Program-made: the position numbers and the translations under genes | Origin: a candidate division Zixibacteria bacterium CG_4_9_14_3_um_filter_46_8 | Lineage (GTDB): Bacteria > Zixibacteria > MSB-5A5 > UM-FILTER-46-8 | Reading direction: 5' to 3' | Length of the DNA: 64,000 bases | NCBI GenBank assembly: GCA_002791595.1 | Contig: PFXJ01000092.1 | Coordinates: 17,847-81,846, forward strand | Part shown: positions 28,529 through 38,125 of the stretch, one piece after another | Position numbering within the stretch: the stretch's first letter is position 1 | How the letters are laid out: every line of letters begins with the position of its first letter | Notes under the pieces: generated by a model | What the model was told of the DNA's origin: nothing | The model's input: only the letters and a program-made list of their open reading frames with translations | Databases searched by the model: none

Positions 28529-30235
28529 ATGCTGTTGCCCGGGGATAAGTTATCACTCTTGCTGAGTATCCTGCCGATTCTGGCTTACGCCGAGACTCAC
28601 TACCGCTTTACCGGTTTTCCAAGTCGATATTTTAAGCGCGAACCGGAGATCATATTCGATCTTCCCCGACGCCTTGAACCCGGCGCTGATTTGCCGGTAA
28701 TATTGCTGATCAAAGATGCTGATCGTTACCCGATATCGGTTGAATCCATTGAGGCAACTATTCGACAGAAACAGCCAAGCGAGACAATAAAGTTTCAACT
28801 ACCGGTATCGAAAGTAACCGATTACCTTTTTTATCAAATCTTCACCATCCAAAATTCCCAACTTCCCCAAGGCGGATTTGAAATCAATATCGCCTTCAAA
28901 TATGCCTCCAAGGGCAAGATAAAAAAAGCCCAAAACGACAATCACCGCGGCACCCGTCATAAGCCGTTCAAAGTGTATCACAATTCCGAATCCTGGCCCA
29001 AAGACAATGGGTGGTATGCTGGCGACATCCATGCCCATTCCGATGCCACCGATGATTTCGTGGAATTCGGCGCGCCGATAGAAGTTTACGCGAAGATGGG
29101 GCCGCCTCTGGGACTGAGTTTTATGGCTATCACTGACCATTCTTACGACATCGATGATGAACCCGGAAAATATTACGCCCCGGACCTGGATCTCAAAAGA
29201 TGGAAACATCTGAGCAAATCGATTTCGGAATCAAATGCCAACCCTGGATTCATCATTATTCAGGGTGAGGAAATTTCCTGTGGCAGCAAAGACAGTCGCA
29301 ATGTGCATTTATTGGGGCTAAATATGAATAGATTTATCCCTGGCTATGGGGATTCCGCTGAAAGCTGGTTTAATAATAGTCCAACATCGCCGATCGGCCA
29401 AGTAGCTGGCGAGATCACGGGCCAGGGTGGATTGCCTGTTGCGGCGCATCCCGGAGAAAAGCCAACATTTCTGGAAAAGCTTTTGCTTAACCGCGGACCT
29501 TGGACTTTCGATGATTGCGACAGCGATGATTTTCACCATCTGCAGATACTAAATGGACGCCGTACCGATTCATTTTTCGCCGGTATTGCGCTTTGGAGGA
29601 AATTGTTGATCGAAGGGCATCACAAATATGTTGTGGCAGGCTCGGATGCGCATGGGAATTTGAATCGCCTGCGGCAGATACGAATGCCATTCTTGAATTT
29701 TCGGGAAAGCGATCGTCAGACCTTCGGATGCTCACGGACGTTAGTTTATCTTGGAGATACCCCTCCCTCGGCTTTTTCAATTCTGGAAGCAATCAGACTC
29801 GGCAACTGCATTATCACCGACGGCCCCTTTATTAATTTGTTTTTCAAGAACTCCGACAGTGAAAGACGTATTCCCGGAGATACTATCGAAAATATGGGCA
29901 CATCCGACTGGCAGCTTAATATCGAATTGAAGACAACGGAGGAATTCGGCCCACTCGGAAAGATGAGGATTTATTATGGTGATATCAATAAAAGAAAGGA
30001 ATCAATGCTGATTTACGAAGATGCTTTCCCGAAAACCTATCACGACCATTTTGAGAGCCTGAATATTACCAATGCCCTTAATTCCAATGTCTTGCCTGGC
30101 ACCCACCAGAAGAAGGATTTCCGTTACGACTCTGGAATCACACCGTCCCCAAAGTTGAATGGCTATATCAGGGCTGAATTGACCACCGTCAAAGGAAACA
30201 TCTGCCTGACGAATCCGATCTGGATAAAATCATAA
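28529..30235 (+). CDS. PHP-domain (polymerase/histidinol-phosphatase-like) metal-dependent phosphoesterase, large form
   Basis: GDIHAHSDATDD and AITDHSYDID are the PHP His/Asp metal-ligand motifs. The alternative upstream ATG at 28454 would overlap the previous gene by 59 nt. Confidence 0.65.
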   Translation: MLLPGDKLSLLLSILPILAYAETHYRFTGFPSRYFKREPEIIFDLPRRLEPGADLPVILLIKDADRYPISVESIEATIRQKQPSETIKFQLPVSKVTDYLFYQIFTIQNSQLPQGGFEINIAFKYASKGKIKKAQNDNHRGTRHKPFKVYHNSESWPKDNGWYAGDIHAHSDATDDFVEFGAPIEVYAKMGPPLGLSFMAITDHSYDIDDEPGKYYAPDLDLKRWKHLSKSISESNANPGFIIIQGEEISCGSKDSRNVHLLGLNMNRFIPGYGDSAESWFNNSPTSPIGQVAGEITGQGGLPVAAHPGEKPTFLEKLLLNRGPWTFDDCDSDDFHHLQILNGRRTDSFFAGIALWRKLLIEGHHKYVVAGSDAHGNLNRLRQIRMPFLNFRESDRQTFGCSRTLVYLGDTPPSAFSILEAIRLGNCIITDGPFINLFFKNSDSERRIPGDTIENMGTSDWQLNIELKTTEEFGPLGKMRIYYGDINKRKESMLIYEDAFPKTYHDHFESLNITNALNSNVLPGTHQKKDFRYDSGITPSPKLNGYIRAELTTVKGNICLTNPIWIKS

Positions 30236-30256
30236 TTATTCGGATTGATGATATCA

Positions 30257-31036
30257 TTACTGCACGACCCGCCGCCTAAGTAGCCTTAACGCCACCGCGA
30301 AAGCGATCGAGCCAACTATTATCACCCAGATAACGCTCTTCCAAATATCCGGATGGATCACTCCGGTTATCAAGCTCCGAGTGATTAAAACCACATGATA
30401 GAGTGGCATGAAAAAGGCAACTTTCTGCGCCCAAGGAGGTAATTGGCTGACCGGGAAAAAAGTGCCGGCGAAAATGAACATCGGGGTCATTATTAGAGTG
30501 AAAAGGAAATCAATATAGTTTATGGCCGGAATCCAGGAGATATAGGCAATAGCGATACTTCCGAACATAAAACCGCCTATCAGGCAGACGAAGGGCATTA
30601 ATAATGCCAGGGGCGATTTGACCAACCCAAATAAGAAAATGACAATCATTATGGATACCGCTTGAAGCAATGCCCGGCAGGCTCCATAAAGAATCTCGCC
30701 GGTGATAACATCTTCTATCGAAAGCGGCGTGGCTATCATCGCATCCCAGGTCTTCTGATAATGCATTCTCACATAGCCGCCGATGGCACCCTCGAAGAAA
30801 GGAGCGGTCATTATTACTGAGGATACCAACGCCGGCGCAATGTATTGGACATAAGAATAGCCATCGATGTCGCTTACCAGCGCTCCCAACCCATATCCCA
30901 TACCGACCAGATAAAACAGCGGGTCCAGAAATGGAGGAATAAGGGTGGTCTTCCACATCTTGATAAACACGTCTCGATGTCGAAGCAGGACGCTGAAAGC
31001 GCCACGGGAAAGATTCGGGAAAATCAGGTTCAGCAT
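30257..31036 (-). CDS. ABC-2 type transporter permease
   Basis: Six predicted TM helices and an ABC-2 family layout. Immediately downstream of the ATPase gene. Confidence 0.8.
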   Translation of the reverse strand: MLNLIFPNLSRGAFSVLLRHRDVFIKMWKTTLIPPFLDPLFYLVGMGYGLGALVSDIDGYSYVQYIAPALVSSVIMTAPFFEGAIGGYVRMHYQKTWDAMIATPLSIEDVITGEILYGACRALLQAVSIMIVIFLFGLVKSPLALLMPFVCLIGGFMFGSIAIAYISWIPAINYIDFLFTLIMTPMFIFAGTFFPVSQLPPWAQKVAFFMPLYHVVLITRSLITGVIHPDIWKSVIWVIIVGSIAFAVALRLLRRRVVQ

Positions 31037-31073
31037 ATTGGCATAAGATTATTCATAGGGATTGCCGTCATAA

Positions 31074-31988
31074 CTATTCCCTTAGTGACCTGCCAGTCAA
31101 TTTTAGAAATAAGTCCTCTAGATTGGCATAACGTTCTATGACCCGCGGTAAATTCATCTCCGCTAAGGAATCCAAGATAGGTTTGGGATCATTGGTGAAT
31201 ATGTATATGGTATCACCGAAATATTCATAAACTTCATTTTCGATCAATGGCTTCAGGCTTTCATATACTTGCCCCTCTATTTCCTGAAGTTCTATCACCA
31301 TCCTGCCGGGAAGTTTCCTGATGAGCTCCATCGGAGGTCCTTCAGCGATGAATTTACCATTATCGATCATAACCAACCGGTCGCAAAGATAAGTCGCTTC
31401 ATCCATATAATGCGTGGTCAATAATATGGTAATTCCTTTCCGCTTGAGCTCTCGCAGTTTCTGCCAGACCAAATGCCTCGCTTGCGGGTCAAGGCCGGTG
31501 GTGGGTTCATCAAGTATGAGAATTTCCGGGTCATTAATCAGTCCGCGCGCCAAAGTCAGCCGTCTTTTCATACCGCCCGATAATTCCATCACTGCCGATT
31601 GGTTCTTAACATTCAATGAGAAGAATTCGAGCAATTCCCGAGCGCGTGCGACAGCGTCTTTTTTCGAAATGCCATAATATCGGGAGTAGGTAATCAAATT
31701 TTCATAAGTTGTCAAATCGGGATCCAAGTTATCTTCCTGAGGAACAACGCCCAGAATCTTTTTGACTCCACGAGGCTTGTTCATCACATCCATCCCTTTG
31801 ACTCTCAGTTGACCCGAAGTAACACTAACAAAGCAATAGATCATTTTCATAATGGTCGTTTTGCCGGCGCCATTTGGTCCCAGGAAACCGAAAAGCTCCC
31901 CCTGTTCGATAGCAAAATTCACGGAATCGACGGCGGTGATATCACCATAGCGTTTGGTGAGATTCTTGCCGGTGATGATGGCTGTCAT
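31074..31988 (-). CDS. ABC transporter ATP-binding protein
   Basis: Walker A GPNGAGKTT, signature LSGGMKRRL and Walker B ILILDEPTTGLD. Confidence 0.9.
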   Translation of the reverse strand: MTAIITGKNLTKRYGDITAVDSVNFAIEQGELFGFLGPNGAGKTTIMKMIYCFVSVTSGQLRVKGMDVMNKPRGVKKILGVVPQEDNLDPDLTTYENLITYSRYYGISKKDAVARARELLEFFSLNVKNQSAVMELSGGMKRRLTLARGLINDPEILILDEPTTGLDPQARHLVWQKLRELKRKGITILLTTHYMDEATYLCDRLVMIDNGKFIAEGPPMELIRKLPGRMVIELQEIEGQVYESLKPLIENEVYEYFGDTIYIFTNDPKPILDSLAEMNLPRVIERYANLEDLFLKLTGRSLRE

Positions 31989-32007
31989 ACCCTTCTTAAT
32001 GCCTGAC

Positions 32008-32982
32008 CTAAGAAGGACGGATTGATTCGCTCAAATTATACTCTTTTCCGGGTTTCATTGTGACCGCGTCGTAACCCAGAGAGCGAAGTTCCTGGGCGAA
32101 TCCCTCAAAACCATGCAAAGTAAAAATTCTCTTGGGATTGACCTGCTCGACATATTTAACCAATGACTCATAATCGCAATGGTCGGAAATCAGGAATGCC
32201 CGATCTATTCCGTGAAAATTCCAGGCCCCCCCATCGATGCCCCATCCACTTAAGAAGATCAACACCTTATTATTAATTGCGGCAATGTTCTTGAAATTTT
32301 TCATATGCGGGGGTATGATGAGGGCTCCTTCAAATGGCCCACCATTGAACATTGAATATTTTCCCAATTTGATCCCGAACCTCTCATATATCTTCGCAAT
32401 CCTATATATATCTCTCTCCACGGTAACGTCGATTCCGAAAGAAGCCAGAATCGCTATGGCTTCCTGCGCTTTGCCAAGAGTATAAGCCATAACTATCGGT
32501 TTGCGTCGATTATTGATTGCTTCCAAAACAAAGGCCGCGAATTCCCGTTCAGTCTCCTCCCGTCGAGGGAATAAATATTGAGGAGCGCCATAGGTTGTCT
32601 CCATCACCAGGATATCGCATTGCTCAATTCCGGCTGGCAGGCAGGTCCGCGAATGCCCCAAGCGGAAATCCCCAGTATAAACTAAGCGGATGTGGTCGGT
32701 TTCAATTAAAATCTGGGATGATCCTAAGATGTGTCCGGCAGGGAACAGCTTAAAGCGTGCCCCGTTGGATGCGACCCACTGGTCGTATCCAACACGATTT
32801 ACGCCGAGATTCCCCAGACGGTGACAGGTCAACGCCGCCGTCTCGGGGGTGCAAATTATTCGTTTATGTTTCGCAGTATGATCGGCATGAGCATGAGAAA
32901 TATAGCAAGATGGTTTGATTCGCTTTGAATCCATCCATAAATCAATTCCCTGATAGTAAAGCCCTTTATCATGCAGAATCAT
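32008..32982 (-). CDS. MBL-fold metallo-hydrolase (beta-CASP / RNA-processing-type)
   Basis: HxHxDH motif ISHAHADHT, and a C-terminal DHCDYESLVKYVEQVNPKRIFTLHG typical of the beta-CASP family. Confidence 0.7.
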   Translation of the reverse strand: MILHDKGLYYQGIDLWMDSKRIKPSCYISHAHADHTAKHKRIICTPETAALTCHRLGNLGVNRVGYDQWVASNGARFKLFPAGHILGSSQILIETDHIRLVYTGDFRLGHSRTCLPAGIEQCDILVMETTYGAPQYLFPRREETEREFAAFVLEAINNRRKPIVMAYTLGKAQEAIAILASFGIDVTVERDIYRIAKIYERFGIKLGKYSMFNGGPFEGALIIPPHMKNFKNIAAINNKVLIFLSGWGIDGGAWNFHGIDRAFLISDHCDYESLVKYVEQVNPKRIFTLHGFEGFAQELRSLGYDAVTMKPGKEYNLSESIRPS

Positions 32983-32994
32983 TGAATCATATTC

Positions 32995-33486
32995 CTAATC
33001 GCCCTTTGTTTTATATCCGATATCGCGGAGAAACTTCATCCGCGATCTAACGTCTTCCTCTGTTTCCACTCCTTTAGGCGAAAACCCATCTATGACCCCC
33101 ATTATACCTCTTCCTTGCTCGGTCTCTGCCACAATAATCTGGAGGGGATTGGCCGTGGCGCAATAAATAGTCAAGACCTCAAAACAACATTTCAGGGCAT
33201 GGGTCAAATTTATCGGGAAAGCGTTTTTAACGAAGATTATGAAGCTATGACCGGCGCCAATGTTTTGGGCAGTGTCGATAGCCCTTTGCTTCAAATCATC
33301 ACTATTGCCTGCGGCGCGAATCAAGCAGGGTCCTGAAGCTTCACAAAACGCCAGCCCGAATTTGACATTCGGTGAGGACGAAATTACTAACTCGTAGATG
33401 TCCTCGACCGTTTTGATGAAATGCGACATCCCCAGGATCACATTCGTCTCCGCAGGTAATTCAACTTGGACAATCTCTAATTCCAT
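32995..33486 (-). CDS. Conserved hypothetical protein, possibly adenosine-specific kinase family (DUF355-like, archaeal-type)
   Basis: 163 aa with an archaeal-looking sequence. The family name comes from memory of the fold and size only, not from motif proof. Confidence 0.35.
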   Translation of the reverse strand: MELEIVQVELPAETNVILGMSHFIKTVEDIYELVISSSPNVKFGLAFCEASGPCLIRAAGNSDDLKQRAIDTAQNIGAGHSFIIFVKNAFPINLTHALKCCFEVLTIYCATANPLQIIVAETEQGRGIMGVIDGFSPKGVETEEDVRSRMKFLRDIGYKTKGD

Positions 33487-33563
33487 TACACCTCCTGAAT
33501 AAAATACGGCGCCTTTTTCTCATAGCAATCCCAGACCATTTATGAGAGGAAAAGTCTGATGGG

Positions 33564-34430
33564 TCAGTTGGATTGTTCGACCTTCATCGTGGAATAATTC
33601 AGCTCGGACCCAAGAGCGCTGTGGGGGATTAAGAAGATGATCATCATCAATACTGCGGCCCCGATTACAAAAAGCCGGGGACGTCTATCTCTGAATACCG
33701 CTATGGCCGCTATAAACCACCCTATGGACGCAATCAGGGTTTTGTTGTCGGTCAGGTCGAACCCAAAGGGAAATCCGGTCCAGTAATCCCCAAAGGCATA
33801 TTTTTGCATTAGAGGACCAAGAATAAATCCGCCGGCAAATAAAAATGCAATCGTCCACAATGCGTAGGTTTTCAGCTTCTGGTCTGAGATTAAGGCTTGC
33901 ATGCCAGCGCGTGTAGATACCAGCATAGCCATAAACATACAAAATATATGCGGGATAAGAACCATATTCGGCACTGCCCCCTTAAATCTTATCACCACAT
34001 CCGTATATTCTGGAATACGGACTGCATTATTCCCCTGCACCAGATAAATATTGTATTGGAGTTTTCCGGCTGGAGGTTGATGGGGAAGATATGCCTTCAG
34101 ATAATCGCCATCATGATTCATCTGAATCTGTGTCCAGGACTCATCAATCTTGTATCGCTTGTAAGAGAGGACGCCATTTATAGAATGGTCAGGAATCTTG
34201 ATGCTTACCGGATGGTCATCATCGCCGCCATGGCTGCGTTCTAATCCGTATTTTATTTCCATTCCTCCGAGCGATGTTTTGCCTTTCATGGGATAGGTTG
34301 GACCCGTCGCTCTCTGGTAAACCGCCGAAGCCAGTGTTATGGCAACTGCCAAAATCCACAAGACAACATTTCTATTCATAAATATCCTCTCAATATATCC
34401 ATCCTTGATTGGCCAACCTAAAATAGCCAT
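33564..34430 (-). CDS. Hypothetical integral membrane protein
   Basis: N-terminal signal-anchor, a ~130-aa extracytoplasmic domain, and four C-terminal TM helices. Confidence 0.5.
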   Translation of the reverse strand: MAILGWPIKDGYIERIFMNRNVVLWILAVAITLASAVYQRATGPTYPMKGKTSLGGMEIKYGLERSHGGDDDHPVSIKIPDHSINGVLSYKRYKIDESWTQIQMNHDGDYLKAYLPHQPPAGKLQYNIYLVQGNNAVRIPEYTDVVIRFKGAVPNMVLIPHIFCMFMAMLVSTRAGMQALISDQKLKTYALWTIAFLFAGGFILGPLMQKYAFGDYWTGFPFGFDLTDNKTLIASIGWFIAAIAVFRDRRPRLFVIGAAVLMMIIFLIPHSALGSELNYSTMKVEQSN

Positions 34431-34462
34431 TCGAAAAAATCAACTTATATTTGCTGGCGAGA

Positions 34463-36031
34463 TCAAGAGGGAACATAGCGATTGGTAATATTGGCGCCCG
34501 TTTTCCCCGCTACAACCTTAAATTCTGCGGGATGGGTGGTCGTATCTCTGATAACATCAATGTGAAAACCAAGTTTTTCGGTGATCAACCGAAGTCGCCC
34601 GGCGTTATCGCCAATCAAGATATTGCCAACTTCAGGATTTACGATTAATTGAAATGAGTTAAACTCCGAGGCGACTTTAGCCCTCTTGAACCACCGTTCG
34701 ATTTTAATGGCGACAGTTTCATTCGAAAGTACTCGTCCTATCCCATCGCAGTGAGGGCAGGGCTCCGAAAAAGTGTGCATTAATGATGGCCGGACGCGCT
34801 GACGGGTCATCTCGATCAGCCCGAGATCTGATACCTGGGTGATGAAGGTCTTGCTACGATCCTTCTTGAGCTCCCTCTTGAACTCATCGAACAGGCGGCG
34901 CTTACTCTCATTATATTTCATATCGATGAAATCGATGATGAGAATTCCCCCTATATCTCGAAGGCGCATCTGGCGCGCGATTTCTTTGGCGGCCTCAAGA
35001 TTTGTATTTAAGAGAGTGGCCTCATTATCGCGCTTGCCGACAAATTTCCCGGTATTTACATCAATGGTCACCAGGGCTTCGGTTTGATCGATAACGATAT
35101 AAGACCCTTTCGCAATCCATACTTTGCGATCCAGCATCTTTTCGATCTGGGCCTCGACATGGAAATGATCAAATATCGGAATCCCTTCACTATATAGATC
35201 CACCTTGTTCATCAGATTGGGCGCCACCATCCGCAGGTAATTACGAATGTTACGATACTCTTTCTTTGAATCGACTATGACGCTCTCGATTTCGGAGCTG
35301 AGCAGATCGCGGATAATCGATGATGTCATCTCCATGTCGCGATGAAGCAACACGGGCGCGGGATGCTTTTCAGAACGGGATGAAATTTTTTTCCATAAGC
35401 GGAAGAGCAAACCTATATCCGCCTTGAATTCCTTCTCGGATTTCCCTTCAGCCACAGTCCTGATGATCACCCCAAATCCCTCCGGGCAAAGCTTGTTGAC
35501 AATGCCGCGAAGCCTTTTCTTTTCCCCCCAATTGGATATCTTCCGCGATATGCCTATACCCGATGACCCGGGAACCAAAACCAGATATCTCCCGGGCATC
35601 GAAATCTCGGTGGTTACCTTAGGACCCTTTTCTCCGATCGGCTCTTTAATAAGTTGCACCAGCACATCCTGATCTTTCTTGAATAAATCAGAAATCCTGC
35701 GGCTTAAATGCTTTTTAGGATGATGGTAAGGTTCGCCCGCATCATCTTCCGCTTCATCATAAAATGTAAAATGCCCCTCGCCCTCGAAATCGCCGACATC
35801 GGAATAATGCAGGAAGGCATTTTTGTCCATGCCGATGTCTATAAATGCGGCCTGTAAACCGGGCAACACCGACGAAACCTTCCCCTTATATATATTTCCT
35901 ACCAGCCGTTCATTTTCAGGTCGTTCTACAAGAAGTTCAACGAGGCGACCTTCCTCGATTATTGCAATCCGGCTCTCATAATCAGTTACATTAATGACTA
36001 TTTTTGTGCCGGCATCTCCATCATTCACCAC
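34463..36031 (-). CDS. rng: Ribonuclease G/E family endoribonuclease
   Basis: S1 domain GNIYKGKVSSVLPGLQAAFIDIG, RNase E/G catalytic core (DxxxD region), and a Zn-link CPxCxGxG motif (CPHCDGIG). Confidence 0.85.
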   Translation of the reverse strand: MVNDGDAGTKIVINVTDYESRIAIIEEGRLVELLVERPENERLVGNIYKGKVSSVLPGLQAAFIDIGMDKNAFLHYSDVGDFEGEGHFTFYDEAEDDAGEPYHHPKKHLSRRISDLFKKDQDVLVQLIKEPIGEKGPKVTTEISMPGRYLVLVPGSSGIGISRKISNWGEKKRLRGIVNKLCPEGFGVIIRTVAEGKSEKEFKADIGLLFRLWKKISSRSEKHPAPVLLHRDMEMTSSIIRDLLSSEIESVIVDSKKEYRNIRNYLRMVAPNLMNKVDLYSEGIPIFDHFHVEAQIEKMLDRKVWIAKGSYIVIDQTEALVTIDVNTGKFVGKRDNEATLLNTNLEAAKEIARQMRLRDIGGILIIDFIDMKYNESKRRLFDEFKRELKKDRSKTFITQVSDLGLIEMTRQRVRPSLMHTFSEPCPHCDGIGRVLSNETVAIKIERWFKRAKVASEFNSFQLIVNPEVGNILIGDNAGRLRLITEKLGFHIDVIRDTTTHPAEFKVVAGKTGANITNRYVPS

Positions 36032-36135
36032 TCACCTCAATAAACAAAGTTTCATACAAATGGCTCCTTAGCCTTTACTTACAAATAATAATAGGTGGTA
36101 GTGATAGTGCGGACCGTCCCACTTTTCAAATTTTT

Positions 36136-37080
36136 TCAAAGCCCGCCATCACCCACCATCTCACCTTGATGCGGATGGTATCCATTGATGAATTCAAGAG
36201 CGCTCATCGCAGTCTTGCCTTCAGGCTGAATAGTCAATATCTCAACCATCCCATCCATGCACGTTACTAACAACCCCCTTTTCTCCGACCCCACAACCAT
36301 TTCCCCCGGACAACACCGCCGTTCTCCACCACCAGCTATGGTTGCCCGCAGGATTTTTACCTTCTTACCTCTAAAAAAAGTGAAGGCCCCTGGCCGCGGC
36401 GACAATCCTCGCACCAAATCAACTACTTTCTTGCATGGTTTCCCAAAATCGATCCTACAGAAATCAGTCGTTATCTTCGGGGCTAATGATGCCAATTCAT
36501 CTGATTGTGCCATGGCCTCCGCTTTGCCGTACGAAATCACTTCGACCGTCTCAGATAGCAGTTCAGCTCCAATTACTGAAAGCTGATCATATAGCTCTCC
36601 GAAAGTCGTCCCGGCCGCTATTGGCCACTCCCTCTGCTTTAAGATATCGCCCGTATCCACCCTAGGTTTCAGGAAAAATGTCGTTACTCCCGTGACAGAT
36701 TCTCCATTCATAATGGCCCAGTTGATGGGTGCGGCGCCACGATATTTAGGAAGCAGAGAAGCATGCAAGTTGACACTTCCTAAAGAAGGGATGCTCAACA
36801 ACCCCCGAGGAAGAATTCTAAAAGCCACTATCGCAAATAGTTCGGGGCGGAGATTCAGCAACGTTTCTACAAGGCCCTCATCGGAAAGTTTCAGCGGTTG
36901 GAATATGGTCAGACCCAGACTCTGGGCGAGGGACTTTACCGGAGATGATCTTAATTCTCTTCCTCTTCCCGCAGGTTTGTCAGGATTAGTTACAACGGCC
37001 AAAATTTTGTGATTATCCTTAAAAAGCCTTTCTAATGAAGGGAGAGCAAAAGAGGGATTGCCCATAAAGACGATCCTCAA
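36136..37080 (-). CDS. fmt: Methionyl-tRNA formyltransferase
   Basis: MRIVFMGNPSFALPSLERL..., formyl-transferase N-domain HASLLPKYRGAAPINWAI. Overlaps def by 4 nt. Confidence 0.9.
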   Translation of the reverse strand: MRIVFMGNPSFALPSLERLFKDNHKILAVVTNPDKPAGRGRELRSSPVKSLAQSLGLTIFQPLKLSDEGLVETLLNLRPELFAIVAFRILPRGLLSIPSLGSVNLHASLLPKYRGAAPINWAIMNGESVTGVTTFFLKPRVDTGDILKQREWPIAAGTTFGELYDQLSVIGAELLSETVEVISYGKAEAMAQSDELASLAPKITTDFCRIDFGKPCKKVVDLVRGLSPRPGAFTFFRGKKVKILRATIAGGGERRCCPGEMVVGSEKRGLLVTCMDGMVEILTIQPEGKTAMSALEFINGYHPHQGEMVGDGGL

Positions 37081-37601
37081 TTAAAAACCTCGATGTCTCC
37101 CGCTTTTAATTTACGCAATTTGCCATTAATAAGCTGCTTTTTAAGGAAACTAAAGTAATCGATGAACAATTTCCCTTCAAGATGGTCATATTCGTGGAGC
37201 AGCACTCTGGCAATTAAACCGTTTCTTTCCATTCTTATCGGATTTCCATCAATATCCAGGGCCTCCACTAATACTCTATCGGGACGAATGATATTTTCAA
37301 ACAGTCCGGGGAATGATAGGCAACCTTCTTCACCTCCCTGTTCCCCTTCAGTTTCGATGATTTTCGGATTGATCAAAACAAAGGGTCTCTCATCGGCATT
37401 AACCGATGAGGGATCAACAGCATAAATGCGGATATCGTGCCCCACCTGATTTGCCGCCAAGCCAATGCCCTTCTTGACTATCATCGTCTCAATTAAATCC
37501 TGAGCAAATTGAGCCAAATCGGAATCGATATTCTCGATCAGGGAAGACTCCTTTCTAAGGATTGGATCTCCATAATATTTCAAGTCAAGAATGGCCACCA
37601 A
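37077..37601 (-). CDS. def: Peptide deformylase
   Basis: All three PDF motifs are present: GIGLAANQVG, EGCLSFPG and HEYDHLEG. Confidence 0.9.
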   Translation of the reverse strand: MVAILDLKYYGDPILRKESSLIENIDSDLAQFAQDLIETMIVKKGIGLAANQVGHDIRIYAVDPSSVNADERPFVLINPKIIETEGEQGGEEGCLSFPGLFENIIRPDRVLVEALDIDGNPIRMERNGLIARVLLHEYDHLEGKLFIDYFSFLKKQLINGKLRKLKAGDIEVFN

Positions 37602-37632
37602 ATTTTCCTTCGGTTTTCAATCGCCGCCGGCT

Positions 37633-37950
37633 CTATTCCGGCGTTTTCCCGCCGATCGCGCTGCGAAGAATTTCGATTTTTACATTCTCCGCAATGCGCA
37701 GGACGATAATATTATCCTTTTCGCTCATTCCAACAATTGTTCCCAAAATGCCGGAATTGGTCACTACTCTGTCCCCCTTTGTTAACGCCGAAAGCATCTT
37801 TTGATGTTCCTTCTGTTTTTTGGATTGCGGACGGATCAGCAGGAAATACAATACCACAAACATTAAAATGAAGGGCAGGAAACTCAATAGAAAATTGCCG
37901 CCTCCCTCCTGGCCACCGGATGGAGCCATCGCATAAGCTACACCTAACAA
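37633..37950 (-). CDS. yajC: Preprotein translocase subunit YajC
   Basis: A single TM helix, then LIRPQSKKQKEHQKMLSALTKGDRVVTNSGILGTIV, a close match to YajC. Confidence 0.85.
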   Translation of the reverse strand: MLGVAYAMAPSGGQEGGGNFLLSFLPFILMFVVLYFLLIRPQSKKQKEHQKMLSALTKGDRVVTNSGILGTIVGMSEKDNIIVLRIAENVKIEILRSAIGGKTPE

Positions 37951-38125
37951 ACTATCTCCTTTTCAGTTAAATGATTAATGATTAAAATATCATCGGATAA
38001 TTTATCCCCAAAGAGGGCCTTTCGCAAGAAAATTAATTTACCGACATAAGCGATCGAATGAGGTGCTTTTGTAAGCAAGTCATGATTCCCATCCTGCGCC
38101 CAATATTAGCGCGCCATCATCCCTA